43,426 bases of DNA from an uncultured Candidatus Saccharibacteria bacterium (GTDB taxonomy: Bacteria; Patescibacteriota; Minisyncoccia; Phycocordibacterales; UBA9973): the NCBI GenBank assembly GCA_964623415.1, contig CAZUUH010000002.1, forward strand, positions 1 to 43,426, read 5' to 3'. Both the position numbers and the translations under genes were made by a program. Position 1 is the stretch's first letter. Every line of letters starts with the position of its first letter. Below the pieces are notes generated by a model. That model was given only the letters and a program-made list of their open reading frames with translations, made no database searches and was not told where the DNA came from. This document shows, one piece after another, positions 1-12,610 of this stretch.

Positions 1-47
1 GACCTTCGCTTTAGTTATGCTTTGACATAACCTATATTTTTAACTTG

Positions 48-120
48 AGCCGCTTCTCAGACTCGAACTGAGGACCTTCGCTTTACAAAAGCGTTGCTCT
101 ACCAACTGAGCTAAAGCGGC
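48..120 (-). tRNA. tRNA-Thr (anticodon UGU)
   Basis: The reverse complement GCCGCTTTAGCTCAGTTGGTAGAGCAACGCTTTTGTAAAGCGAAGGTCCTCAGTTCGAGTCTGAGAAGCGGCT folds as a cloverleaf. Acceptor is GCCGCTT/AAGCGGC, T-arm is CTCAG-TTCGAGT-CTGAG, anticodon loop is TTTGTAA. No CCA is encoded. Confidence 0.85.
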
Positions 121-130
121 GTATAATTAA

Positions 131-541
131 TTATTGTTTTTCTTCGTTTTCTCTTATAATCTTCTCTTTCATGTGCTTTATTTTGAATTTAGATTCAATT
201 ATAGCTTTTTTAAAGAAGGTTATTTTTGAATTTTTGTTAGCAGAATCATTTTTACCAAAGAATTTAATTATTTTTGGTGAATTATCTTTTATCCATTTTT
301 TTATTTTTGTCTGAAGAATAAACCAATATTTAACAATAATTAATACAACCCATTGGATTATATGTTTTGTTAAATATAACATAATTTTTTCTGTCTGTCT
401 AAAATATATTTTAGGTAAAAGACTTCTTTGTGACTCTATCTCAATATTTACTTTACCTGTTTTTATCTGCCATGCTCTAAATTTGATCATTACAGATAAT
501 GATATTATTGATATAAGAAAAACAATAATTAATATAGTCAT
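131..541 (-). CDS. Hypothetical small membrane protein (N-terminal TM helix, Lys-rich tail)
   Basis: 136-aa ORF starting 4 nt after the tsf stop on the same strand. It has a hydrophobic N-terminus (MTILIIVFLISIISLSVMI) and I recognise no family. Confidence 0.5.
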   Translation of the reverse strand: MTILIIVFLISIISLSVMIKFRAWQIKTGKVNIEIESQRSLLPKIYFRQTEKIMLYLTKHIIQWVVLIIVKYWFILQTKIKKWIKDNSPKIIKFFGKNDSANKNSKITFFKKAIIESKFKIKHMKEKIIRENEEKQ

Positions 542-545
542 ATTT

Positions 546-1328
546 TTACTTTATGAATTCACAAACAAATGAATCTAATTTTGCTCCGTTGTTACTTAAA
601 AGTTTTTCAATAGTAATATCAGGATTTTTAATATAATTTTGATCAAGAAGTGTGATCTCTTTGAAGTATGAATTTATTTTTCCTTCAAGAATTTTATTTT
701 TTACTTCTTGTGGTTTATCTAATAGAGCAACTTCTTTTTCGTAAACCTCAATAACTTTTTTCTTATCTGCATCTGTAATATCTTCTTTTGAAGTAAATTC
801 TGGCTTCATTGCTGCTATGTGCATAGCGATATCTTTTGCTAAATCTTTATTGCCAGAAGAGAGGGAGACAATAACAGCATTTTTACCATTATGAATATAG
901 CTTCCTAAAATCTTCCCATTTATTTCATTAACCTTACCAAGCTCTATTTTTTCTCCAACTTTTTGAATAATTTCATTTATTAAAGATTCAGATTGTGTTT
1001 TCATTGTCTCAATTCCTTCGTTTGAAGCAATTTCCACAAGCCTATTAGCTAGATCTATGAAATCTGCATTTTTTGCAACGAAATCTGTCTCTGTATGCAA
1101 TATTAAAAGTATCGCTTTTTCATTATTTTCTTTAATTACAATTATTCCATCTTTTGCATTACGATCAGCTTTTTTCATTGCTATACTACTAGATTTATTT
1201 TTTAGAATGATGAGAGCCTTTTCCATATCACCAACAGCTTCTTCTAATGCATTTTTGCACTGCATAACAGAGACACCTGTTCTATCTCTTAATTCTTTTA
1301 CTAATTCAGTTGTTATTTTTATAGACAT
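546..1328 (-). CDS. tsf: Translation elongation factor Ts
   Basis: The N-terminal UBA-like motif ELVKELRDRTGVSVMQCKNALEEAVGDMEKA is typical of EF-Ts. It lies downstream of rpsB, the conserved rpsB-tsf arrangement. Confidence 0.92.
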   Translation of the reverse strand: MSIKITTELVKELRDRTGVSVMQCKNALEEAVGDMEKALIILKNKSSSIAMKKADRNAKDGIIVIKENNEKAILLILHTETDFVAKNADFIDLANRLVEIASNEGIETMKTQSESLINEIIQKVGEKIELGKVNEINGKILGSYIHNGKNAVIVSLSSGNKDLAKDIAMHIAAMKPEFTSKEDITDADKKKVIEVYEKEVALLDKPQEVKNKILEGKINSYFKEITLLDQNYIKNPDITIEKLLSNNGAKLDSFVCEFIK

Positions 1329-1355
1329 ATTTTAATATAAAAGTTTTAATTATAC

Positions 1356-2054
1356 TTATTTACTACTTACACCCTTTGAACCGTTTTCCCAAGCTTCTTT
1401 AAATTTAGATAAAAAGAATGAGATACTTGAAAGTGATGCATCGTTTGCGACAACAGGGTATTCTACTTGTTTTAGGTTACAGTCAGTATTAAGAATTGAA
1501 ATTATTGGTAAGTTCATTTTTTGAGATTCAATTACAGCCATTTGTTCTTTCTTTGGGTCAATAATGAAAATTGCATCTGGAATACGACTGATACCTGTTA
1601 AACCTTGAAAGTTTTTAGTCATATCTTCCATTTCTTTACCGATTAGAAGTCTTTCCTTTTTGGTGTACTTATCAAAACCACCATTTTCTTTTTGGGTTCT
1701 AAGATCTAAAAGTTTTGTAATCCTTTTTTTAATTTCAGAGAAGTTTGTGAGAATTCCTCCAACCCAACGCTCAGAAACATAAGGCATACCAAGAGATAAC
1801 GCGGTTTCTGTTATTTGTTGTTTCGCTTCTGGTTTTGTACCAACAAAAAGAATTGTTTTACCTGTTGAAGCAAGCTTACTTGCGTACTCTAAAGCTTTAT
1901 CTAAAAGATACTCTGTCTTTTCTATATTTATAATATCTACTCCACTCTTTGTTCCAAAGATATATGGAGTTGTTGATGGATGCCTTCGGCTTTTTGAATA
2001 ACCGTAATGCGCTCCTGACATAAACATTTCTTCTGCAATATTTTTTGAAATCAT
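1356..2054 (-). CDS. rpsB: 30S ribosomal protein S2
   Basis: Contains MFMSGAHYGYSKSRRHPSTTPYIFG, TILFVGTK and WVGGILTNF, the canonical S2 blocks. An SD-like TAAGGGGAT lies just upstream of the ATG. Confidence 0.93.
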   Translation of the reverse strand: MISKNIAEEMFMSGAHYGYSKSRRHPSTTPYIFGTKSGVDIINIEKTEYLLDKALEYASKLASTGKTILFVGTKPEAKQQITETALSLGMPYVSERWVGGILTNFSEIKKRITKLLDLRTQKENGGFDKYTKKERLLIGKEMEDMTKNFQGLTGISRIPDAIFIIDPKKEQMAVIESQKMNLPIISILNTDCNLKQVEYPVVANDASLSSISFFLSKFKEAWENGSKGVSSK

Positions 2055-2213
2055 ATCTATATCCCCTTAGGGATTGATTAATTATAATAAAACTATCCGT
2101 TTTTAAGCATTTCAGCTTGCCACATCGTCTAGTGATGAGACTCACAATCTGTCTCAAACAGTGTGAATTTACAAGGAACTTTAAAGAAAAAGCTCCTCAC
2201 GGAAAGTTGCTAT

Positions 2214-2242
2214 ATAATAACAGAAAAATCATTATTTTGCAA
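2214..2242 (-). promoter_or_regulatory. Candidate sigma70-type promoter (TTGCAA-17 nt-TATTAT) pointing toward rpsB
   Basis: On the minus strand: -35 TTGCAA (2237-2242), 17-nt spacer, -10 TATTAT (2214-2219). This predicts a TSS near 2207, about 150 nt upstream of the rpsB ATG. Confidence 0.45.
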
Positions 2243-2252
2243 TATGCTATCT

Positions 2253-2281
2253 TTGACTAGGGCTAGTTTTTAGGGTAAGAT
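2253..2281 (+). promoter_or_regulatory. Candidate proS promoter (TTGACT-17 nt-TAAGAT)
   Basis: -35 TTGACT at 2253-2258, 17-nt spacer, -10 TAAGAT at 2276-2281. The ATG at 2290 is only 8 nt downstream, which implies a leaderless mRNA. Confidence 0.45.
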
Positions 2282-2289
2282 AATATTAT

Positions 2290-3552
2290 ATGAGGCAATC
2301 ACAATTGTTTACTAAAACTAAGAAAGAAAATCCTTCTGATGAGCAGGCCCTTAATGCTGAGTTACTAATAAAAGCTGGTTATGTTAATAAGGAAATGGCT
2401 GGAGTCTATTCCTTTTTACCTCTTGGGCTTAGGGTTTTAAATAAAATAGAGAATATTATTAGAGATGAAATGAATAAAATTGGTGGGTTAGAAATGAGAA
2501 CTTCTGTTTTCCAAAATAAGGATGTATGGGAAAAATCTGGTAGGTGGGATGACAAAGAGGTTGATGTTTGGTTTAAAACTAAATTAGCTAATGGTTCTAC
2601 TGTGGGTTTATCTTTCACAAATGAAGAAGCTTATTCAAATATATTAAAACAATATATAAATTCATATAAAGATTTACCGATTTATGCTTATGATTTTAAA
2701 AGTATTTTTAGAAACGAAGTAAGAAGTAAATCTGGGCTTTTAAGGGGTCGTGAATTTTACTGGAAAGCTATGTATTCTTTTTCTAGAGATGATGAAGAAC
2801 ACAATCTTTTTTATGAAAAAGCCAAAGAAGCTTATAGAAATATTTTTAAAAGAGTTGGAATAGGGCACCTGACTTATTTGACTTTTGCTTCAGGTGGTAG
2901 TTTTTCTAAATATTCTCACGAATTTCAAGCTATAACTTCTGCTGGAGAAGATACAATATATCTTGATGAGGATAAAGGTATAGCTGTAAATAAAGAGGTT
3001 TACGAAGATGAAATTCTAAAGAATCTTTCTTTAGATAAAGATAAATTAATTGAAAAAAAGGCAATTGAAGTTGCTAATATTTTTTCTTTGGGTACAAAAT
3101 TTTCGGCTCCTTTTGATTTGAAATATAGAAATGAAAAAGGAGAAGATAAAGATGTGATTATGGGTTCTTATGGTCTTGGGCTTAGTAGATTAATGGGTAC
3201 AGTTGTAGAGGTTTTGTCTGATGATAAAGGCATAATTTGGCCAGAAAGTATAGCACCATTTAAAGTTCATTTATTGTCTTTAGGAGATGAAGAAGAATTT
3301 ATTTCAAAAGCAGATAAATTATATGAAATTTTAATTTCTTCTGGTATTGAAGTTTTATATGATGATAGGATTTCTTTGAGTGCTGGAGAAAAATTTGCTG
3401 ATTCTGATTTAATAGGTATCCCTTATAGGATTGTTGTTTCTAAACGCAGTATTTCTGATGGAGGTTACGAATTAAAGAAAAGAATTGAACAAAAAGGTCA
3501 AATTTTGAAAGAAGATGAATTGTTAAAAATATTACTAGAATCCAGTAATTAG
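2290..3552 (+). CDS. proS: Prolyl-tRNA synthetase, minimal bacterial type (no INS editing domain)
   Basis: The N-terminus MRQSQLFTKTKKENPSDEQALNAELLIKAGYVNKEMAGVYSFLPLGLRVLNKIENIIRDEM matches bacterial ProRS. Class II motifs and a C-terminal anticodon-binding domain are present. It is only 420 aa. Confidence 0.88.
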   Translation: MRQSQLFTKTKKENPSDEQALNAELLIKAGYVNKEMAGVYSFLPLGLRVLNKIENIIRDEMNKIGGLEMRTSVFQNKDVWEKSGRWDDKEVDVWFKTKLANGSTVGLSFTNEEAYSNILKQYINSYKDLPIYAYDFKSIFRNEVRSKSGLLRGREFYWKAMYSFSRDDEEHNLFYEKAKEAYRNIFKRVGIGHLTYLTFASGGSFSKYSHEFQAITSAGEDTIYLDEDKGIAVNKEVYEDEILKNLSLDKDKLIEKKAIEVANIFSLGTKFSAPFDLKYRNEKGEDKDVIMGSYGLGLSRLMGTVVEVLSDDKGIIWPESIAPFKVHLLSLGDEEEFISKADKLYEILISSGIEVLYDDRISLSAGEKFADSDLIGIPYRIVVSKRSISDGGYELKKRIEQKGQILKEDELLKILLESSN

Positions 3553-3566
3553 AAAAGAACCTAAAA

Positions 3567-4616
3567 ATGTTTAAAAAATTTTATCAAATGTTCTCAAACG
3601 ATATCGGTATAGATTTAGGAACAGCGAATACGCTGGTCTATTTGAAGGGTCACGGTATTATCATAAATGAACCATCTGTTGTGGTTGTTAATCAAAAAAC
3701 AGGGCAGATAGTTGCTATTGGTTCCGAGGCGAAACAAATGCTTGGAAGAACCCCTGGCCACGTGAGAGCCGTACGACCAATAGTTGATGGAGTTATTTCT
3801 GATTTTGAAATTACAGAAGAAATGATTTCTTATTTGATAAATAAAACAGAAAAAATTTCTAAAAAATTTATAAGACCAAGAGTAATAGTTGGAGTTCCGA
3901 CAGGTGTAACAAATGTTGAAATTCGAGCGGTGGAAGATGCTGCTCGTTCTGCTGGAGCTAGAGAAGTTTATATTATTGAAGAACCAATGGCTGCTGCTAT
4001 AGGTATAAGATTGCCGATTAAAGATGCTGTCGGTTCAATAATTGTAGATATAGGAGGTGGAACAACAGATGTAGCTGTCATATCTCTTTCTGGTGTTGTT
4101 TGTTCAAAGAATTTAAAAATCGCTGGTGATCTTTTTAATTTAAATATTATCAATTACATGAAAGATGAATTTAAGCTTTTAATTGGTGAGAGAACAGCTG
4201 AAAATATTAAAATAGCTATAGGTAGTGTATTGGAAAATGATGAACCATTAGAAGCTGAAGTTCGTGGACGTGATCTAGTTACAGGATTACCAAGGCAGGT
4301 TATTGTTACTGATTCAGATATTAGAGAAGCAATAATGCCTTCGATTCTAAGTCTTATTGATGGGATTAAAGAAGTTCTTGAAACAACTCCTCCAGAATTA
4401 TTATCAGATATTATTCACAAAGGGTTAATTCTCTCTGGTGGGGGTTCCTTATTTAAAGGGTTTGATGTTATGTTACAAAAAGTTCTCAAGATACCAGTTT
4501 ATATGGCTGAAGATCCTCTTACAGCTGTTGCTCGTGGTACAGGAATAATATTTGATGATTTTGATACTTTTAAAGATGTTTTATTAACAACAGAAGATGC
4601 AGGGGCTCCTAGATAA
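3567..4616 (+). CDS. mreB: Rod-shape-determining actin homologue MreB
   Basis: Contains IGIDLGTANTLVY, EPMAAAIG and DIGGGTTDVAVISL, the actin-fold phosphate/adenosine motifs of MreB. Confidence 0.93.
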   Translation: MFKKFYQMFSNDIGIDLGTANTLVYLKGHGIIINEPSVVVVNQKTGQIVAIGSEAKQMLGRTPGHVRAVRPIVDGVISDFEITEEMISYLINKTEKISKKFIRPRVIVGVPTGVTNVEIRAVEDAARSAGAREVYIIEEPMAAAIGIRLPIKDAVGSIIVDIGGGTTDVAVISLSGVVCSKNLKIAGDLFNLNIINYMKDEFKLLIGERTAENIKIAIGSVLENDEPLEAEVRGRDLVTGLPRQVIVTDSDIREAIMPSILSLIDGIKEVLETTPPELLSDIIHKGLILSGGGSLFKGFDVMLQKVLKIPVYMAEDPLTAVARGTGIIFDDFDTFKDVLLTTEDAGAPR

Positions 4617-5391
4617 AAACAAAATAAACAAAAGGAAAAAAGGAATAAAAAGGATTCTGTTTTTTGTTTTTGTAGTTCTTATTTTTTATATGGGTGTTTC
4701 TGGTTTGGTTGGTGGAGTTTTTAATTTTATTGGTAAACCAGTTTGGTTTTTAAAAAATCAAGCTACATCTTTTTTTGAAAATATAGGTTATTTTTTTGAT
4801 ACTAAAAATTATCTATATAATGAGAATGAAAGGTTGTCAAAAGAAAATAATGTTTTAAGATTAGAAATGATAAATTATCAGATTTTAGAAGAAGAAAATA
4901 ATGAATTAAAAAGTATTTTAAATAATTTACCAAAGAATAAAGAATTTATACTTTCTAATATTTTAAGTAAACCAAATATTTCACCATATGATAAAATAAT
5001 TATAGATATTGGATCAATAAATGGAGTTTTTGACGGAGATAATATTTATGCAGAAGGTTTAATTCCTATTGGAACAGTTGAGAAGGTTTATGGTAATACA
5101 TCCTTAGTTTCTTTATATTCTAACCCAGGAAGAAAAACAGAGGGTTTTTTAACTAATTCAAATGCAACTGTTACACTCGTAGGTCGTGGTGGTGGTAATT
5201 TTGAGATGGTGGTTCCAATAGAGTTGGAGATTGAAAAAGGTTCTATTGTTTATCTACCTGGAAATAATTTAATTTCAGTTGCTATTGTCCGTGAGATTAC
5301 ATCTCGAGAAACAGATCCATTTAAAAAGATAATTTTAAATTCTCCTGTAAATGTTCAAGATTTAAAATGGGTAGAAGTGGAAAAGAAATAA
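4597..5391 (+). CDS. mreC: Rod-shape-determining protein MreC
   Basis: Lies immediately after mreB with a 20-nt overlap. It has an N-terminal TM, a coiled coil (ENERLSKENNVLRLEM...EEENNELK) and a beta-barrel C-terminal region. No mreD follows. Confidence 0.8.
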   Translation: MQGLLDKNKINKRKKGIKRILFFVFVVLIFYMGVSGLVGGVFNFIGKPVWFLKNQATSFFENIGYFFDTKNYLYNENERLSKENNVLRLEMINYQILEEENNELKSILNNLPKNKEFILSNILSKPNISPYDKIIIDIGSINGVFDGDNIYAEGLIPIGTVEKVYGNTSLVSLYSNPGRKTEGFLTNSNATVTLVGRGGGNFEMVVPIELEIEKGSIVYLPGNNLISVAIVREITSRETDPFKKIILNSPVNVQDLKWVEVEKK

Positions 5392-8692
<3,301 letters not shown>

Positions 8693-8749
8693 TTATTTGT
8701 CAGTCCTTGTATTTTGTGTTATTATTCTGTTAGTTAAATATTGTATACC

Positions 8750-8770
8750 CCCTATATCTCTAATATAGGG
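8750..8770 (+). promoter_or_regulatory. 8-bp hairpin (CCCTATAT-ctcta-ATATAGGG) 12 nt upstream of the uvrA ATG
   Basis: A perfect inverted repeat read directly from the uvrB-uvrA spacer. Its function is unknown; attenuator, operator or mRNA-processing site are all possible. Confidence 0.3.
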
Positions 8771-8782
8771 TCTATATTTGTT

Positions 8783-11398
8783 ATGAAGAAAGAAAACAAT
8801 GATAAAATAATAATAAAAGGAGCCAAAACCCATAATTTAAAAAATATAAACCTTGAAATTCCAAGGAATAAAATGGTCGCTATTACGGGTGTATCTGGTT
8901 CTGGTAAATCTTCACTTGCTTTTGATACTATATTTGCTGAAGGTCAACGTCGTTATATTGAATCTCTTTCTGCTTATGCAAGACAATTTTTGAATCAAAT
9001 GCCAAAACCAGAAGTTGATGAAATATCTGGTTTATCTCCTGCTATATCTATTGATCAAAAATCTCATTCGAATAACCCAAGGTCAACAGTTGCTACTATT
9101 ACAGAAATATATGATTACCTTCGCGTTTTATATTCAAGAGTTGGACACCCACATTGTCCTTTATGTGGTAAAGAAATAAAAAAACTTACGAATGAAGAAA
9201 TTTTTAATTTTACTTTAAATAAAATAGATAAGTACTCTTCTTTAAAAAATAAAAAAAAGATTAAAAATGTAGAATGGGATGAAACACCAATAATGATTTT
9301 TTCTCCTGTTGTTCGTGGAAGAAAAGGCGAATATTATCAATTACTTTATGATTTATTAAATAAGGGCTATTCAAAAGTTAGATTAGATGGTGATGTTAAA
9401 AATTTAAGAGAGAGAATTGATTTAAAAAGAAATAATGCTCATAACATAGAAGTTCTTATAGATAGTTTCGCGATGCATGAATTTAAAGATAGTAGAGATG
9501 ATGCAAAAATGAGATTAAACGAAGGTATAGAAAGGTCTTTATCTGAATCAGATGGTTTAGTTATTATAAAAATAGATGAAGAAGAATTTTTAATGTCTTC
9601 AAAATTCTCTTGTCCAGTTGATGGTTTTTCTTTTCCAGAGATAGAACCACGATTATTTTCTTTCAATTCTCCTTATGGAGCTTGTTCCTCTTGTAATGGT
9701 CTTGGAACTAAATATTTTGGAGGCACAGAAGTTTGTGAAGAATGTAATGGAGCTAGATTGAGGAAAGAAGCTTTAAATGTTTTTCTTTATTCAGATTATA
9801 AGGACAATGATAAAAAGTTAGATTATTTTAATATTGTTAGATTGACTAGTTTAACCATAGAACAATTAGTAGATTTTTTTATTGGAATTAAATTTACAGA
9901 ACAAGAAAAAGAAATATCTGCTCCTCTTATAAAAGAGATAGAATCAAGAATTCAATTTTTATTGAATGTGGGATTAAATTATTTATCACTTAACAGAAAA
10001 GCAAATACTTTATCCGGAGGTGAAGCTCAAAGAATTCGTTTAGCTTCTCAGCTTGGGTCAAGACTTGTGGGAGCTTTATATGTACTTGATGAACCAACTA
10101 TTGGTCTTCATCAAAGAGATAATGACAAGCTTATAAAAACATTAGAAGATTTAAGAGATTTAGGTAATAGTATTTTGATCGTTGAACATGATGAGGATAC
10201 TATTTTTGCTTCTGATTATATTGTTGATATTGGACATGGAGCCGGGGTTCATGGTGGTAAGGTTATTGTTTCTGATTATTTAGATAAATTACTTGATGCT
10301 CCTAAAAATATTTCAGGTTCAAGAACCCTATCTTATTTAAGGGGAGAAATTAAAATAGAGACTCCTGAAAAAAGAAGAACTAATGATAAGGGTAGCTTAA
10401 AGATTATTGGTGGAAAAATATTTAATATTAAAAATCTTAATATAGAGATTCCTCTTGGTAAATTTATAACAATTACTGGTGTTTCTGGTTCTGGTAAAAG
10501 CTCTTTTATGTATGAGATTTTATATAAAAATCTTCAAGCCAAATTAGAAAGGAAACACAGAACTGCAAAAATATATAATTGTGCTTCTTTTTCTGGGGCA
10601 GAATATCTTTCTCGTGTTGTTCTTATCGACCAATCTCCGATAGGTAGAACTCCTAGATCAAATATAGCTACGTATACAGGTGCTTTTAACCACATACGTG
10701 AACTTTTTTCTGTTACAGAAGAAGCAAAATTACGTGGTTGGAAGCCCAATAGATTTTCTTTTAACGTAAGAGGGGGGCGTTGTGAGGCTTGTGAGGGTAA
10801 TGGAGAAATAGCAGTTGAAATGCATTTTCTTCCTACTGTTTATGTAACTTGTGATGTTTGTATGGGTAAACGTTTTGATAAGGAAACATTATCAATAAAA
10901 TATAAAAATAAAAATATTCACGATGTTCTTCAGATGACCGTTGAAGAGGGTTTAAAATTTTTTGAAGATATTCCAGCAATTTATGATAGACTAAAGACAC
11001 TTGTTGATGTGGGTCTTTCTTATGTAAAGCTTGGGCAATCAGCTACTACTTTATCTGGAGGTGAAGCACAAAGAGTAAAAATTTCATCTGAATTATATCG
11101 CCCAAATCTTGAAAAGACCATATATCTTCTTGATGAACCAACAATTGGTTTACATTACGATGATGTTGCTAAGCTTTTAGATGTTCTTAATAAATTGATA
11201 GACAAAGGAGGTAATACTGTTGTTTTAATTGAACACAATATGGATATAATTAAATCATCTGATTATATTATAGATATAGGTCCAGAAGGTGGTTTCTTGG
11301 GAGGAGAGATTGTTGCAAAAGGAACCCCAGAGCAGATTGCAAATACACAAAAAAGCTATACTGGTAAATATCTTAAAAAAGTTTTACGTAAGAAATAA
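8783..11398 (+). CDS. uvrA: Excinuclease ABC subunit A
   Basis: Two ABC modules (GVSGSGKSS twice, LSGGEAQR twice, LDEPT twice) plus CxxC zinc modules. I chose the ATG at 8783 (MKKENNDK) rather than the upstream TTG at 8741. Confidence 0.92.
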   Translation: MKKENNDKIIIKGAKTHNLKNINLEIPRNKMVAITGVSGSGKSSLAFDTIFAEGQRRYIESLSAYARQFLNQMPKPEVDEISGLSPAISIDQKSHSNNPRSTVATITEIYDYLRVLYSRVGHPHCPLCGKEIKKLTNEEIFNFTLNKIDKYSSLKNKKKIKNVEWDETPIMIFSPVVRGRKGEYYQLLYDLLNKGYSKVRLDGDVKNLRERIDLKRNNAHNIEVLIDSFAMHEFKDSRDDAKMRLNEGIERSLSESDGLVIIKIDEEEFLMSSKFSCPVDGFSFPEIEPRLFSFNSPYGACSSCNGLGTKYFGGTEVCEECNGARLRKEALNVFLYSDYKDNDKKLDYFNIVRLTSLTIEQLVDFFIGIKFTEQEKEISAPLIKEIESRIQFLLNVGLNYLSLNRKANTLSGGEAQRIRLASQLGSRLVGALYVLDEPTIGLHQRDNDKLIKTLEDLRDLGNSILIVEHDEDTIFASDYIVDIGHGAGVHGGKVIVSDYLDKLLDAPKNISGSRTLSYLRGEIKIETPEKRRTNDKGSLKIIGGKIFNIKNLNIEIPLGKFITITGVSGSGKSSFMYEILYKNLQAKLERKHRTAKIYNCASFSGAEYLSRVVLIDQSPIGRTPRSNIATYTGAFNHIRELFSVTEEAKLRGWKPNRFSFNVRGGRCEACEGNGEIAVEMHFLPTVYVTCDVCMGKRFDKETLSIKYKNKNIHDVLQMTVEEGLKFFEDIPAIYDRLKTLVDVGLSYVKLGQSATTLSGGEAQRVKISSELYRPNLEKTIYLLDEPTIGLHYDDVAKLLDVLNKLIDKGGNTVVLIEHNMDIIKSSDYIIDIGPEGGFLGGEIVAKGTPEQIANTQKSYTGKYLKKVLRKK

Positions 11399-11403
11399 AT
11401 TTT

Positions 11404-12603
11404 ATGAATAAAAATTTTCTTAAAAAATTAAATATTCCTAATAATCCTGGAGTATATTTTTTCAAGAAGGGGGAGAAGATTCTTTATATAGGTAAAGCTA
11501 CTTCTTTGCGCTCTAGGATTAAAAGCTATTTTAATAAAAATGTTATTACTAGTCGCGGAGAAATGATATTAGAAATGATTTTTAAGGCAGATAATTTAAA
11601 ATGGGAAAAAACAGATAGTGTGCTAGAAGCTATAATTCTTGAGGCTAGTTTAATAAAAAAATATCAACCTAAATATAATACAAAAGAAAAAGATAATAAG
11701 TCTTGGAATTATGTCTGTATAACAAAAGATGAAATTCCGAGAGTTACAATACAAAGAGCCAGGAACTTAAACAAGAAGAAATATAGTTCGATTTTTGGTC
11801 CATTTGTAAATGGAACTCTTTTAAGAGAGGCTATGAAAATAATTCGTCCAATTTTTCCTTATTTTGATGATGATTCACTTAGAAAAAATAATAAAGAATT
11901 TTATAAACAAATAGGTCTAGTTCCGGTTGATTCTTATAAAAATAATATAAAAAATTTTAAGTTATTTTTTCAGAGTAAAAAGAAAAATATTCTTGTTAAT
12001 CTTAAAAAAGAGATGATGATTTTTGCAAAAAAGAAAGAATTTGAAAAAGCAAATGAAGTAAAGAAAAGAATATTTGCATTAAATCATATAAACGATGTTT
12101 TTCTTATAAAAAATGAAATTTTATCAAATTTAGGTAAAAATGATTTCAGGATAGAAGCTTATGATGTAGCTCATATGTTTGGGAAAAATATGGTAGGAGT
12201 AATGACTGTTATAGAGAATGGAGAAGTTAACAAAAAAGAATATAGAAAATTTATAATAAAGACCCAAAATAAAGCAAACGATACTGGAGCATTAGAAGAA
12301 ATATTTTATCGTAGATTTAGGCATACGGAATGGAGATTGCCGAATATAATTGTTGTTGACGGTGGAATACAGCAGTGGAATAAAGCTAGATCTATACAAA
12401 AAAAGAATATTTTTTCAGAATCTAACATAACAATTGTTTCTGTGTTAAAAGACAATAAGCATAAACCAAAAGCTATTTTAGGTGATGAAAAAATAATTAA
12501 AAAATATAAAAAAGAAATATTACTTGCAAATAATGAATCACATAGATTCGCTATAACTTTTCATAAGAAAAAGAGAGATAAAAATTTTTTAAATATGGTA
12601 TAA
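11404..12603 (+). CDS. uvrC: Excinuclease ABC subunit C, short form (GIY-YIG + UVR + RNase H-like nuclease domain, no C-terminal HhH2)
   Basis: GIY-YIG block PGVYFFKKGEKILYIGKATSLRSRIKSYF, a UVR-like helix (KKEFEKANEVKKRIFALNHI) and RIEAYDVAHMFG...VVDGG. The protein ends at 399 aa. Confidence 0.85.
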   Translation: MNKNFLKKLNIPNNPGVYFFKKGEKILYIGKATSLRSRIKSYFNKNVITSRGEMILEMIFKADNLKWEKTDSVLEAIILEASLIKKYQPKYNTKEKDNKSWNYVCITKDEIPRVTIQRARNLNKKKYSSIFGPFVNGTLLREAMKIIRPIFPYFDDDSLRKNNKEFYKQIGLVPVDSYKNNIKNFKLFFQSKKKNILVNLKKEMMIFAKKKEFEKANEVKKRIFALNHINDVFLIKNEILSNLGKNDFRIEAYDVAHMFGKNMVGVMTVIENGEVNKKEYRKFIIKTQNKANDTGALEEIFYRRFRHTEWRLPNIIVVDGGIQQWNKARSIQKKNIFSESNITIVSVLKDNKHKPKAILGDEKIIKKYKKEILLANNESHRFAITFHKKKRDKNFLNMV

Positions 12604-12604
12604 T
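12596..12604 (+). promoter_or_regulatory. Extended -10 box TGGTATAAT, 6 nt upstream of the ddl ATG
   Basis: TGGTATAAT lies inside the last codons and stop of uvrC. The ATG at 12611 falls at the expected TSS distance. Confidence 0.4.
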
Positions 12605-12610
12605 TTATTT

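Noticed and set aside
1-32. Positions 1-13 (GACCTTCGCTTTA) exactly repeat positions 73-85, which lie inside tRNA-Thr (anticodon stem / variable loop). This could be a second tRNA or an att-like tRNA-fragment repeat at the window edge.
   Set aside because: The reverse complement of 1-47 does not fold into a cloverleaf. There is no anticodon stem (AAGCA versus AGCGA) and no plausible acceptor or D arm. The rest of any element lies outside the window, and no integrase is nearby. It cannot be evaluated from this window.
1057-1335. Antisense or overlapping ORFs from the six-frame track: 1057-1335, 1897-2157, 2406-2618, 3968-4153, 5882-6082, 9439-9666, 10534-10749, 14668-14931, 15483-15668, 18103-18288, 18934-19155, 20242-20442, 25523-25780, 25704-25925, 26593-26979, 27415-27768, 27773-27982, 28772-28972, 32146-32613, 32306-32500, 35053-35301, 35523-35816, 36060-36359, 38312-38539, 41615-41806 and 41807-42052.
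   Set aside because: Each lies inside or opposite a gene with a confident homology-based call. Their translations are low-complexity (S/L/I/F-rich) with no recognisable motifs. Such ORFs are expected by chance in the shadow frames of AT-rich coding sequence.
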